From Eledone cirrhosa (taxonomy: Eukaryota), in contig OZ024742.1 in NCBI GenBank assembly GCA_964016885.1, positions 250,356,001 through 250,420,000 on the forward strand: DNA of 64,000 nt, written 5' to 3'. Of this stretch, positions 31,385-42,674 are shown piece after piece; position 1 is the first letter of the stretch, and each line of letters opens with the position of its first letter. The translations under genes and the position numbers were made by a program. Below the pieces are notes generated by a model, which made no database searches, was not told the origin of the DNA, and saw nothing but the letters and a program-made list of their open reading frames with translations.

Positions 31385-31869
31385 ATGAACAGTTTAGATT
31401 ATAGAAATAGCATGAAATTGAACTGTAACTGTAGAAGGAAATCCGAATGCCCTTTACAAAATAACTGCCTTGATAAGAATTTAGTATATAAATGTACCAT
31501 TAAAACAAATAATAATATTACTTATAACTACATAGGTGCAACTTCGTCGAACTTTAAACTTCGCTTTTCCAATCATAAACATTCTTTTTCTAATCCAGAT
31601 AAAAAATGTTCTACTTCATTACCTCAATTAATATGGACTTTAAAGAGAAAAATATGAAATACTCAATTTCTTGGGTTAAACTTAGAAACTCTGAATCCTA
31701 TCGGAACGATTCCATTTCACCAAACTGCAATCTTTACAATTTAGAGACTCTATTAATAATTGCTAATTATGGTAATTTAAATAATAAAAAAAGTGAGTTA
31801 TTTTCAAATTGCCTCCATAAATCTGCAAAAACATTTCAAGCATCATATAAATTTAGGAAAAAACATTGA
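31385..31869 (+). pseudogene. PLE GIY-YIG endonuclease domain, frameshifted near 31650
   Basis: ORFs 31385-31657 and 31606-31869 join into one GIY-YIG domain (VY...YIG, R..NH, E, N). Confidence 0.85.
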
Positions 31870-31911
31870 CTGAGTGAGCAAGGATATTGACTTTTATTAA
31901 TAATGCTTGCT

Positions 31912-32063
31912 ATGCTTTCCAGCATAGTTACGTCCCTTTACGATCTGAGTTCAAATCCCGCCGTGGTTAAGTTTGCCTTTCATCCTTACGGGGTCGATAA
32001 AATAAAGTACCAGTAATGTACTGGTGAAATTCCTGGCCTTGTGCCAAATACAGAAACAATTAT
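31912..32063 (+). mobile_element. SINE S1 inserted in the PLE 3'UTR
   Basis: B box and central domain present. Confidence 0.88.
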
Positions 32064-33149
32064 TAGTATTATGTAAAATGTTTTTCCTCACCTTAGAAAA
32101 TGCATATCGGTTCTTTTATATAGTACGTTAATCTCTTGATTGACTAAATACCTTTAGTTTGGTTTTAGAATCCTCTTTTTATGACTTGAATTTTCAAAAT
32201 TTGAGATCTGAAATACCTTCAGGCTTTCAAATCTTTTAGTTAATTTAAACGTTTAGATATGTTGTACGGAGCTCATTTGTTTGCAATTATGGTGTATAAT
32301 TTTCGTTTTATCCAAATTGATTAATAATCTGTATTTAACTTGATCTATAGTATTGAATACAGTAAGATTTGGTTGAATCGAAATAATAATACTCTCAAGA
32401 GTAAATATAACTAATAATTAATCCTATATGTAATTGACAACTATTGATTTAAATAGTATTGTTTATAATATTTATAATTCTAAACATTATATAAAATGCA
32501 TATACAAATGCTGATATGCAATTAAGTTAAGTTAAATACACTCATACTTATTTACTATATTTGTAAACATCATTGGTACTTAATAATGTTTCTGACTTTA
32601 AATTTTGTAACTAAATATTGAATATATTTATTAATTTAACTATGCTCCTGATTATCATTGAAAATATTTTATATAACCAAATACAATAGATTAAATATTT
32701 CACGGTATTTAAATGATCGCTTCTACCTGACTTAATATTTGAAAAAAAAAACGGCCACGCATCATGTCCCTTTCTTCTTTCATTCTTTTTTTTATCTCTT
32801 TTCCTTATGCAGTTATATATTATATTATCTCTATCTCCCTTCTTTTTATCTTCATCTTTTTATCTTTTTCCCTTTTCTCTTCTATTTAGCACTCTCTCTT
32901 TTGTCTTTTTCTCTAACACGGATATTTACATATTTAAATATTTAATATTTATGTACTTATGTGTTTCTTTATTTATTCTATACTTTCTCCTACTCACCGC
33001 CTTCTAATACTTATATCTCGCTACATATCCCTCTCCATCATGTTATTACTTGTGGTATATAAATATTGAGTTTTGTTGTAATAAATCACTGCCAAGACTG
33101 GAGTTGAACCATCAGCACAGTTGAGCTATGCCATACATCAATTTATGTA

Positions 33150-33211
33150 TTTTATCTGATGAGGACGTACTGAAAAAACAGCAGAGTATCTCCGAAATAT
33201 ATATAATAAAA
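33150..33211 (+). ncRNA. Type I hammerhead ribozyme in the PLE 3' end
   Basis: ttttat-CUGAUGA-ggacgtac/gtatctcc-GAAA-UAUAUA-UA-ataaaa; same stem I and III as 16609. Confidence 0.85.
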
Positions 33212-33280
33212 CATATATTTTGTCTCCATTTATTAATATTTTGAATAATATTATATATATAGAAATACATGAAAAAGTTT

Positions 33281-33381
33281 GTCCTCATCAGTGGCCTTCC
33301 AACCGTCGTAGGCATTTCGTCGCATTAAAGGCCATATACCTCAGGTTGGTGCGAGCAACGGCTAAAAAAAGTCGTTGGGAC
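33281..33381 (-). ncRNA. Putative non-circularly permuted hammerhead, copy A'
   Basis: aggtat-A-tggcctt-taa-tgcga-c-GAAA-tgcct-acgac-ggttgg-aaggcca-CUGAUGA-ggac. Confidence 0.65.
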
Positions 33382-33936
33382 ACGTAAATTAAGGGGACGC
33401 TAGGGTAAACAAACACAATGGTTTAAGCAACAGAAAGTGATGAAGAAGAAAGAAAAAAGTCCCAGATTTCTATGAATATAAATTCGGTGGAATAGTGAAC
33501 GAGAGAATAAAGACCATCAAACCTGGTTGAAATGTGAGCAAGGAAGGAATTTCGCACAGGTCTAACGGGAGGAAGAAGGGGTCTTGTCTGCGAATTCGGT
33601 AAACATAAGTTCTGTGAAGTCACAGACGAGAGAGAGAAAAAAAAATTCATACCGGCTTGGGCAAGTGCCCGCGAGAAAAGGATTACGGACAGGTCAAACG
33701 GGAAGAAAGGGGAGGAGGAGAGGTAGTGACAGAGAGTGAGTGAGTGAAAGGTGAGGAAGAGGCTAACAGAGAGAGAGAGACTGCTAGAAAGGGTAAAGAC
33801 ACAAAGAGCGAAACAGACTGGTGGCAGCCGAGGAAAAAATATATGTGTAAATATGGGACTTGTTTCTTTCCTCTTCATCACTTTCTGTTGCTTAAACCAT
33901 TTTGTTTATTTACCCTAGCGTCCCCTTTATTTACGT

Positions 33937-34037
33937 GTCCCAACGACTTTTTTTAGCCGTTGCTCGCACCAACCTGAGGTATATGGCCTTTAATGCGACG
34001 AAATGCCTACGACGGTTGGACGGCCACTGATGAAGAC
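33937..34037 (+). ncRNA. Putative non-circularly permuted hammerhead, copy A
   Basis: As A' with two substitutions; predicted cleavage after 33983. Confidence 0.6.
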
Positions 34038-34087
34038 AAACTTTTTCATATGTAACCCATTTGCAGCGCCGCAGCTCCATTATTATC

Positions 34088-34118
<31 letters not shown>

Positions 34119-34147
34119 ATATATTATATATATATATATATTATATA

Positions 34148-34330
34148 TAGAAATGGCTTCTACAGGATTAGAACTGTTTCATTCGAAGGAAATCATCAGG
34201 AAAGCTTTCCTGGTGATTTCCTTCGAATGAAACAGTTCTGGTCCTGTAGAATCCATTTCTGTATTAAATATTTACACTCTGATATGTATTGAGTACCTTA
34301 CTTACTGTGGTTACCCCGATTAAACCTGAC
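34148..34330 (+). mobile_element. Fold-back element (centre gaaagctttc) with decayed HHR core and tail
   Basis: ~110-bp palindrome containing ctgatga/ctggtga...gaaac; related to 21150-21220. Confidence 0.8.
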
Positions 34331-34345
34331 ACACACACACACACA

Positions 34346-34421
<76 letters not shown>

Positions 34422-34708
34422 TATATATATATTGTATTGCTGATCTGTATTATTCCTCACTCCTTTATTATGAACACTCTAGGAACGGCTCACCTAGGAA
34501 CTGTAGAACTGTATCAACCCACCCCAGATCAAGGTAGTTAGGATTCGTTAAATACAGACATTGGAAAAATTACGGAACTGGAAAAATGAGGAACGTTACC
34601 AGCAATGTTGTAATGAAACTATGAAATAAATATACATATTTTTGTTTTTGACAGAATTTTATTTGTTATTTACTAGAACCACTACCTATATATATATATA
34701 TATATATA

Positions 34709-34786
34709 ACGAAGGAAATGTGGTAAGGAACCAAGTGGACCATAACGCACCAAAGTACTCAATACTTAGGGTAGTAGAGTGGGTAA
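34709..34786 (-). mobile_element. Family E 3' tail fragment
   Basis: Matches 11483-11560. Confidence 0.8.
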
Positions 34787-34798
34787 TATATATATATA

Positions 34799-35350
34799 AA
34801 AAACATGAAAAGAAAGAAGAATACTGCGTGGTTGCACATAGGTTACATATGATAAAAATAGTCCTTCGTCAGTGATTTTCCAACCATCATTGGTATTTCA
34901 TCGCATTAAAAATCAGATACCTCAGGTTGGTGCGAGCAATAACTAAAAAAAGTTATTGGGACCAGTAAATCGCGTAAAGCGAGGGGGACAAGTGAACAAC
35001 ATAGAAGGATAAAAGCAAACCAAAGAAAGGAAATAAACAAGCAACATGGTAGTCCTGGTCAGCATAACGTGGGTGGATTTCATGAGCGAAAGGTATAGAC
35101 ACGTCCAGCGTGTGTGGGATGTATGCAAGAAGAGGCCCACTGTTCGCCAAACGGGAGGAAGTGAGAAGGGGAGAAACAGAGAGTGAGTGAGTGGAAGTGC
35201 GAGGAAGCGGTCAGTCGAGAGAAAGTGTAACTGACAGACGGGCGAAAGAAGGTGAGAGAAACAAATAGAACGGGGAAGCAGTAAGAGAGAAACAGACAAA
35301 CGCAGCCGAGGTGAATATATATAAAAAACATGAGAAGAAAGAAGAATACT
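34799..35350 (-). mobile_element. Family B element, apparently full-length, with a short direct terminal repeat
   Basis: aaaaacatgaraagaaagaagaatact occurs at both ends; flanked by (TA)n. Confidence 0.85.
34861..34962 (-). ncRNA. Putative non-circularly permuted hammerhead, copy B
   Basis: ggtat-C-tgatttt-taa-tgcga-t-GAAA-tacc-aatgat-ggttgg-aaaatca-CUGACGA-aggac; all proposed helices pair. Confidence 0.68.
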
Positions 35351-35372
35351 ATATATATATATATATATATAT

Positions 35373-35985
35373 ATGGTGGCTGCCAACTCGTTTTCGAGTA
35401 CGGCCACTACTTTATATCCATGTAGGAGAACCCCTACCGATGCGCTGAACGAGTGTGACTTTTTAGTCCAGCCAGCGACTTGAAAACTCTGGTACAAACA
35501 CTACACTTGTGACAATTACTGACACATAGTGCTGGGCCCATGGTACCACGTGACGACAAGTGCAGAGAGATCTCCAGATATAAAGCAATGCCTGTGCCGT
35601 GAAGCTTTTATAGTGAGCAAAGGCACTGCACAAAGCCAGTCCCACTCTCTTAACCAAGATGATATTTACCAAAAAGAAGAACAAGTCAACATCATTGGAT
35701 ACCATCAGGGTTGCAGGTGCTATATCAGAGTTTTCCTTCTCCTAGAATTCTGCCTTGACAAAGGCTAAGGGGTCATCTCTCCCGGTGATTTTGAATGGCC
35801 ATTGACTCTTAAGAGCTCCTTTGCCCTTTGACAGGTTTTGTTTTTAGTCCTGCAGGATGTCCAAAGTCACCCTCCTCACCAAGAAACCTTGGTGGGGTTG
35901 CCAGTTTAGTCGCCAACGACCCGACCATGGGACAGGTTGTACTGGGATACATGTTACCAGTAGCACCAACTGGTGACCTGACATA
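35373..35985 (-). mobile_element. Non-autonomous element, probably RTE-related
   Basis: ctaggagaaggaaaactctga block resembles RTE 5'UTRs (from memory); homologous to 25832-26170. Confidence 0.5.
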
Positions 35986-35988
35986 ATA

Positions 35989-36034
35989 TTTTTCATATGT
36001 AACCCATTTGCAGCGCCGCAGCTCCATTATTATC

Positions 36035-36065
<31 letters not shown>

Positions 36066-36264
36066 ATATATATATTATATATAGAAATGGCTTCTACAGG
36101 ATTAGAACTGTTTCATTCGAAGGAAATCATCAGGAAAGCTTTCCTGGTGATTTCCTTCGAATGAAACAGTTCTGGTCCTGTAGAATCCATTTCTGTATTA
36201 AATATTTACACTCTGATATGTATTGAGTATCTTACTTACTGTGGTTACCCCGATTAAACCTGAC
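35989..36264 (+). repeat. Near-identical direct duplicate of 34042-34330
   Basis: Same family B tail, TA spacer and gaaagctttc palindrome element. Confidence 0.92.
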
Positions 36265-36265
36265 A

Positions 36266-36721
<456 letters not shown>

Positions 36722-37114
36722 GATCTAGCTGTTGAAACAGCTATAGCTCAGCCGTCAGTGTCCTGAATGTTTTCACACTCACACATATATATAGTGGTTA
36801 TCGTAATTCACAAATCAAGAAACTGGTTGTAATGTATCTGTGTCACGCTGAATCTCCCTCATAATTACATATATATATATGTATATAAAGAACGGTGCGC
36901 ACATGCGCAGAGATGTTATAGAATAGGGCGAAGATCCTTAAAGACTTTGCCATCGGCCGCTGCATCACAGCTTTTAAATGCCAACAAATATCGGTGTATA
37001 CGTAAGCGATCTCTCAGATATATACGAAGTGCTGGGTGGATAAAGGTAATATAAAAATGGTGTGCTCATGCACGGAGATGCTATGAAATAACTTATTAAA
37101 TAGTGTGAACACTT

Positions 37115-37340
37115 TTAACCATTTAGCATTTAAACCGGCCATATCCGGCTAGAATTCTCTCACCTAATTCTGTTCAAACTGGCTGTAACCAGCCACTACT
37201 ACGTACGTTAAGGTATCGTTCTCAAAACAAATGACATCAATATCTCAAGGATTCGATATTATGTGAAATATCTATGTGAGGTAAAGTGTTTACCATGAGA
37301 ATACAATAGAATATATAGAGTAATGAAAATGCTAGGTTAA
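37115..37340. mobile_element. TTAA-flanked MITE (piggyBac-like ends)
   Basis: TTAA-ccatttagcattt ... aaatgctagg-TTAA. Confidence 0.6.
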
Positions 37341-37667
37341 AGACGGGGAAAAAGTGTCAACGGTCGCTATAAGGAACTGAAGCCCATATCTCCCATATAC
37401 TGGCTAGGCGCTTCAAACCATTAAACCAAGATACCGTGCGCCCACGTGTCGTTTTAAATTAGATAGCTGAATAATTGCATTTAAATGTCAACACACATCG
37501 TGTAACCATATATATATATATGCATATATATGTATGTGTGTAAAAGGTAAATAGAAATAACAAAACAAACGTCACATACATGCATATATATATATGTGCA
37601 TGCGCTCGCACGTAAACGAATATGTAAACGAAAGTTTCGACAATGATCATATTTAAAACCTTTAATG

Positions 37668-37746
37668 GACTTTCGAAAGTTTCGCTAGACTAATAGGAAT
37701 AAGATGTTCATTCCAGTAAGAATAACTCATCTAGCTCATCAGAGTC
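37668..37746 (-). ncRNA. Type I hammerhead with mutated cleavage triplet
   Basis: gact-CUGAUGA-gctaga...tctagc-GAAA-ctttcg-AA-agtc (GAA in place of GUH). Confidence 0.6.
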
Positions 37747-38159
37747 AAATAAATAAAAATAATTTACCAGTGGGAGATATAAGCGAAGTTGTAACGTTTA
37801 AATATAATAAGGAATACATTAAAATTCTGGAGGCTTAAACTATTAATTAAAATTTATTAATAATAAAGTAACTTAGATATTACACTAACTATATTTCATT
37901 AAAAAGGATAATATAATTACATGTTACACCAATGGCAATTGGTGTAACATAGTGTCACTAATGGCAATTATAAATCCTATTATCACTTTGTAAGTGAAAT
38001 TATGAAAATAATATTTCAGAAGATATTAAAAGAACGTTAAAAATTATGGAAGCAAAAAACGGTAATTAAATATATCTATAATTAAAATAAATGTTTAGTG
38101 ACTTAAGTTTTTTCTCTGACTTAATGATATCAGTACAAAGGAGATAATCTCCATTAAAA

Positions 38160-38261
38160 TAATTGTTTCTACTTTTGGCACAAGGCCAGCAAATACCCAG
38201 TACATTACTGGTACTTTATTTTATCGACCCCGTAAGGATGAAAGGCAAAGTTAACCTCGGC
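38160..38261 (-). mobile_element. SINE S1 3' fragment
   Basis: S1 match; flanked by a direct repeat taatctccattaaaataat. Confidence 0.85.
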
Positions 38262-38429
38262 AAAGTTAATCTCCATTAAAATAATATAACCCTATTGGGG
38301 TTGCAATTATAAAATAAATAGGAGAGTGAAACGAAAATATTTTGAACATATGTATGGGTGTTTGTGTGTGTGTGTGTGTTTGAATCAAAATTTGGGTAAT
38401 AAATTTGAATATTACAAGATAATTTAACA

Positions 38430-38611
38430 TAATTGCTTCTACTTTTGGCATAAGGCCAGCAATTACCCAGTACATTACTGGTACTTTATTTTATCGACTG
38501 CGTAAGGATGAAAGGCAAAGTTAACCTCGACGGGATTTAAACTCAGACCGTAAAGGGAAGTAACTATGCTGCAAAGTATGGCGTCCGACGCTCTACCGAT
38601 ACTGCCAATCC
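38430..38611 (-). mobile_element. SINE S1
   Basis: Near full-length match. Confidence 0.9.
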
Positions 38612-39043
38612 TAACATGATGATAGTTTATAAACTTTATGTGATACACATTTTTTAACTGTCAATAAAAATACTTAAACAAGGGTGTAATGGGTATAAGT
38701 AATCAGGGTCGAAGTTTTTGTAAGAGAAAGAATAAAATGTTCAATGTGGACACGATTGGATTATTTCATATTTCGAATGGAGAAGGATAATTTTAGACGT
38801 AATTATTTCTAAGATTTCGGTTAGACAAATATTGCATTTAGTTCTATCCTCAACATGTTAGCAGAATTAATAATATCCCACTTAAGAGAGTATCTTATGT
38901 TATCGCTTTTAAATCGCCAGATTAATTTAGCTAAGATAGTAGAGTTTTCTAATCTTTCATTTCTAAAAGAATGAAGAAAAATGGGTCTGAAAGTTATTTG
39001 CAGTTGCTGTTATTTACTTATAAGTGTTATTGAGTATCGAGAC

Positions 39044-39153
39044 TTCAAATCCCGCCGAGGTTAACTTTGCCTTTCATCCTTACAGGGCCGATAAAATAAA
39101 GTACTAGTAATACACTGCGATAATTGCTGGCCTTGTGCCAAAAGTAGAAACAA
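39044..39153 (+). mobile_element. SINE S1 fragment inserted in the PLE endonuclease region
   Basis: ttcaaatcccgccgagg...gtagaaacaa. Confidence 0.85.
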
Positions 39154-40386
39154 GTATTACGATGGCAATTTCCCCTAAGTCGGCAATTACCTATAGTAGT
39201 GTTAGTATTTGGAGGCCTGTTTATTACATTATTATATTTAAATATGGATATATTTATACTCGACCGTCTAAGTTCAGCAACATTAATCTGTTCATTATCG
39301 TTAGCAATATTAATGTTATTATGCCCATTATTTAAAACTATAGGAGGGCTGGTTTGCGTATTTGCAATTTACAAGAATTTCAGGTTCAAATTTTTGTTTA
39401 TAGTATTGAGCATTCTATTCTAAATTTCATTTGTTAACCGGAAGTCTAGATATTCTACTGGATATATTATTAATAATAGGTTTGATAATAGATTTTGGGG
39501 TGTTTCTAATTCTAATGTGCATAATATAAAAATTACCCAGATTTTTGGTACGATCTATATATTTCGGTATCCAATTAACTACTTTTCTATTAGTATCAAT
39601 GGTCGTACTTAAGTTATAATTTTTAAAGAATTCGTACCAGTGTTTTCAAACTATCTTAAGTTCAGAATTATTAAGATCTATACGGACAAACAGAGCGTCG
39701 TCCCTATAAAGGATGCAGTGCAATTCACCTCTTAATCTAATTAGGAGAAACAACCCAACAATGTCGATCCTATAGTATTGTCAAAATTATTAGGACGTTT
39801 TTTCCTTGTGGAAGGGCATCTGATAGTGCAGCAAAGATAAAATCAGTTTGCTCTCTAATTAATGCACAATAACTGTTAATATCAAATTATAACAATTCTG
39901 ATTATTATCCACGTTTATCTAAGTTTATAACAGAGATTAATTTTCTTAATTTTCAAGAATCTTTCGACTAATTTTACTATATTCTGAGGTTGAAGGGTAT
40001 ATTAATCTAATGGATGAGTTACTATTGAAATCTTCCTTATGTTCTTTAAGAGTAAACCTAGGTGAGGAACATATGGCTCAGTATATTTTTCTAAATCCCG
40101 TTGTTTAACATATTTTTACTTATCTGTTATTGTACATTAGGTTATCATTGGCAGTTATTTTTTAAGTTCGTTATAGTTGAGATAATTTTATGAATCATAG
40201 TTCATACTATATTTGTTTTTTCAAAAGTAGTTGATAGTAAGGTTTAGTTGCTTGAAGAATGGGTTATAATGCAGAAATACCTTTTTGAATTTTACATTTT
40301 TTTATCATGTAAAACAAGTCATTTTTAGAATTATGAGGTGGATGTTTGTAAATGCGAAATCTAAATTTATTGGCTTAAGTTTTCAT

Positions 40387-40468
<82 letters not shown>

Positions 40469-40471
<3 letters not shown>

Positions 40472-41030
40472 AAATAAGATTTCGCTTGAAGCATAGCTTT
40501 ATACAATATGTATAAATATTTCGTATCTCCAAAGAAATACGGTTTTAGGAAGCCGTAGCTATGCAAACACCGGAGGGCTAACGCCCTCTGGTGATGTCCT
40601 GCTGAAGCAATGGGGACAACCGTCTATGCATTTCAGGCTTAACTGATATTTCGTATCTCCAAAGAATTACGAAAACCGTATTTCTTTGGAGATACGAAAT
40701 ATTTATACATATTGTATAAAGTTATGCTTATAGCGAAATCCTATTTCTTTTCTATTATAAGTTGAGCCAACTTATACAGCTTCATATGCAAATGTGATTA
40801 ATCACATTATTTACACAGACGAGAAAACTATATATTCTCGCCTGTCTTCTAGTCCAGCAGTCGCAAGCAGTGGGAGGGACCGTCCTGACGATGACCAGTT
40901 AAGCCTGAAATGCATAGACGGTCGTCCCCCTTGCTTCTGCTGGACATCACCAGAGGGCGTTAGACCCCCGGTGTTTGCTTAGCTACGGCTTCCTATAACC
41001 GTATTTCTTTGGAGATACGAAATATTTATA
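40469..41030. mobile_element. Multiply inverted HHR-bearing element
   Basis: 40472-40546 inverts to 40672-40750 and 40513-40645 inverts to 40896-41030. Confidence 0.82.
40878..40923 (+). ncRNA. Type I hammerhead ribozyme (weak stem II)
   Basis: gaccgtc-CUGACGA-tgaccagttaagcct-GAAA-UGCA-UA-gacggtc; stem I 7 bp perfect, helix III palindromic. Confidence 0.7.
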
Positions 41031-41035
41031 CACAC

Positions 41036-41164
<129 letters not shown>

Positions 41165-41289
41165 CAGCGAGATCGCATTTCGGCTGTGGTCAAAGACAAA
41201 GCGTAACACAGTTTTCGACATATGTGGCAAGCGCTCCATGGACTAAAAGAAGACCAGAGCAATTAACATATAAATAAGGATAGAACCAG

Positions 41290-41466
41290 TTTGAACTGGT
41301 TAGACCAATACTCAACAGAGTATTCAATACAGGGTAGTAAGGTATGGCTATATTATAAAGAGTCGAGACATGACAGCTGACCTCTTGCCGTTTCAACAGC
41401 TAGTTCCAGTACGGAACTAGCTGTTGGAACGTCAAGAGCTCAGCCAACGGGTCCTGACTCTTTATT
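41290..41466 (-). mobile_element. Family E-related fold-back element
   Basis: caacagctagttcc-agtac-ggaactagctgttg hairpin extending to aaagagtc/gactcttt. Confidence 0.7.
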
Positions 41467-41543
41467 ATATATATATAATATTATATATCATGCAATAAAG
41501 TAACTGTGGTGAAATAATGGCGTCTTAACTACTCTTAGTTGAT

Positions 41544-41732
<189 letters not shown>

Positions 41733-41759
41733 ATAATTAAGTATCGAGAGAGAGAAGAA

Positions 41760-42240
41760 GAGATAGGCGATACATGTAGTTATTTGCCAATAGCATATGC
41801 AAAAGGTGCTCAATACTTGTGCCTGTAGTGTTAAATATCAGAAGTGTTAATATCTAGTGGGCGAGAAAATCAGCTGAGCGGATATACGTGGAGAAATATA
41901 TAAAGGAGAACAAACCGTTAAAACATGTTTATTTAAAATACCACCTATGTACGTTTCTCCCGACTGGGCTTCTCAAGGGCATAAAAAATAAAAAAGCGTT
42001 CCTTAATGACCTCTAATGGGTTTTATAGATAAGTCGACATCACAGCCCATTCTTCGTAAAAAAACATGTATTGATATTGCAGTAGGTCAACTGCAAAATC
42101 AATACATGTTTTTTTACGAAGAATGAACTTATCTATAAAACACTTTTTAATTTTTTATGCCCTTGAGAAGCCCGTAGGTGCTATTTTAAATAAACATGTT
42201 TTAACGGTTTGTTCTCCTTTATATATTTCTCCACGTATAT
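41760..42240 (-). mobile_element. Fold-back element with three deletions in one arm
   Basis: Arms 41883-42081 / 42090-42240; spacer of left arm holds cttgagaagcccagtcgggagaaacgta (HHR-like) on the minus strand. Confidence 0.8.
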
Positions 42241-42454
42241 ATATATATATATATACGTATATATATATATATATATATATATATAACCTTGGAAAAAGTT
42301 GAAGGCCACGAACATGATTGTGTCCTATCTTTTATTTATCTTTCCTATTTCGGTACAAAAATAACTTCATCAGAAGATTTCAATAAGAAACTAACTTGAA
42401 GCTTTTAGTTCTTTTTTGACAAAAAAAAAACACCGAACCAGTTTCTTATTGTGC

Positions 42455-42492
42455 TCTTCTGATGAAGGGATTTTAATCCCGAAATATTAGGA
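42455..42492 (+). ncRNA. Minimal type I hammerhead in a degenerate fold-back (42295-42590)
   Basis: tctt-CUGAUGA-a-gggat-ttta-atccc-GAAA-UA-UU-agga; decayed inverted copy at 42345-42378. Confidence 0.65.
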
Positions 42493-42640
42493 CCGATAAA
42501 TAATATAATAGTTATTACAAACACTTTGTTGCTTTCAATTATTTTCAAAAAGTAACTGTCCATTTCGCATGGTCGTAGCCTTCGAATATATCAGTACTTT
42601 ACACACTAACAAGTAATCTAGAACACTCTCAGAGGAGGAG

Positions 42641-42674
<34 letters not shown>

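Larger units (their letters stand above)
31287..33260 (+). mobile_element. 5'-truncated Penelope-like element: GIY-YIG endonuclease, long AT-rich 3'UTR, HHR
   Basis: CNCRRKSECPLQNNCL..LVY.C....YIGATSSNFKLRFSNH..SF, IW.LK, CNL..LE, LN.K.E...CLH; both ends in TA tracts. Confidence 0.85.
33268..34090. mobile_element. Family B element with ~200-bp inverted repeat (33268-33465 / 33855-34049)
   Basis: Minus-strand copy plus an inverted partial copy bearing the 3' tail. Confidence 0.85.
37600..40340 (-). mobile_element. Heavily decayed Penelope-like element (RT, GIY-YIG, 3'UTR, HHR), not visible in the ORF track
   Basis: Manual minus-strand translation: FTLKEHKEDF..IRLIYPSTSEYSKISRKIL (~40000), FDNTIGS, IVGLFLL..LYRDDAL (~39700), NCR...C (~39180), HSF...STILAKLIWRFK...CNICLTE...CPH (38750-38970). 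Confidence 0.8.

Noticed and set aside
33937-34000. Twister ribozyme (GUCCCAA plus UAA-UGCGA/UCGCA)
   Set aside because: Lacks the P4 stem, the AAGC loop continuation and the GAGGG strand directly after P2; the hammerhead core strands explain the conservation better.
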